DNA of 63,973 bases, filler included, from Bigelowiella natans CCMP2755 (taxonomy: Eukaryota; Protista; Cercozoa), in NCBI GenBank assembly GCA_000320545.1. It is 9 parts of 9 records of this genome, joined end to end, with 100 filler letters (N's around TTAATTAATTAA, not from the genome) between each part and the next. Parts side by side here need not be neighbours in the genome. Positions count along the whole stretch, not along the records: positions 62,897 to 63,973 come from ADNK01003731.1; 8 more parts are not named here. One strand, written 5' to 3'. How positions within the stretch are numbered: position 1 is the first letter of the stretch; each line of letters begins with the position of its first letter. Positions 63,461 to 63,973 of this stretch are shown one piece after another. The notes below the pieces were generated by a model, which saw only the letters and a program-made list of their open reading frames with translations, searched no databases and had not been told where the DNA came from. Position numbers and translations under genes: made by a program.

Positions 63461-63973
63461 ATCACTACGACCGACTACCGGTGTTCTAAAAATACCATGT
63501 TCGCATCAGCCTTGTATCTTGGTCCTCCCTTCAATGGCGCTGTCATCGATCCAATCGGAACCACGGTTGAGCCCCCTCCCCCCTTACCCATATTCCAACT
63601 TTAAAAAGCGAGAGTGTTGTATTTCTTGCAATAACTCACCAAAGTCCTTAGTATAATACCAGCATGTAATCTTTTGAGCTACCATCTGACAACAACATTC
63701 GTCAGCTCACAAAGCTGCGGAAAGTGCTCGAAACGGAAGAAGCAGTTACGCCTCCCCCCCCCCCCCCCCCGCCCCCTCGCCACCCACAACGAAAGGATGC
63801 TCGTGCTAGTAACATCTCCCCTAAAAAAAACCTTAAAACCCCCCTACCCCTTTTAAACCGGTGATTTTGGAGACCCCAAGGAACCTCCACGGGGGAATGG
63901 TGGCATGAATTTGGAAAAGGGGGGGGGGGGGGGGGTTGGAAAGGGATATTTCCCAAGGAGAGGTTTTGGGTAT

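Noticed and set aside
27726-63973. Numerous YI/HT/CV/ER-repeat ORFs
   Set aside because: Translations of intronic (TA)n, (CA)n, (TG)n and (GA)n microsatellites.
1-63973. rRNA, tRNA, CRISPR arrays, or a deaminase/methyltransferase effector gene
   Set aside because: No such signatures recognised in the window; absence is by eye only.

Overview
Eukaryotic (protist-like) nuclear DNA with very intron-rich host genes and microsatellite-filled introns; a chlorarachniophyte/rhizarian-like organism is only a guess. Contigs are joined by eight artificial 100-bp N44-TTAATTAATTAA-N44 linkers, and the first contig (1-31601) is uninterrupted. Recognisable host genes: class I sirtuin, TRAF-Zn/HMG-box protein, U-box/CCCH protein, GT61 glycosyltransferase, rhomboid-like protein, NC2-alpha/DRAP1, FHA protein, DHX37 helicase, PTPDC1-like phosphatase, NHL-repeat protein. 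The centre (11197-23470) is a nested stack of three PIF/Harbinger-type DNA transposons: A and C are inserted into B, and A and B belong to the same family. Each carries a DDE transposase and a divergent Myb/SANT gene with a putative alpha-crystallin-like domain. The main discovery is a saturating, repeat-targeted, TpA-specific T:A->C:G hypermutation (TA->TG or TA->CA on both strands), a mirror image of fungal RIP. By hand alignment, 28 of 29 TpA sites in ~850 bp of copy A's transposase are converted in copy B, with only one other substitution. Polarity is fixed by the conserved DDE motif GDGAY->GDGAH. Surviving TpAs are mostly in CTA/TAG context. The same signature recurs in separate patches (3.8-4.1, 39.3-41.8, 53.6-54.7 kb), while host genes and (TA)n microsatellites are untouched. 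No candidate effector enzyme is encoded in the window. All counts were made by eye and need computational confirmation.
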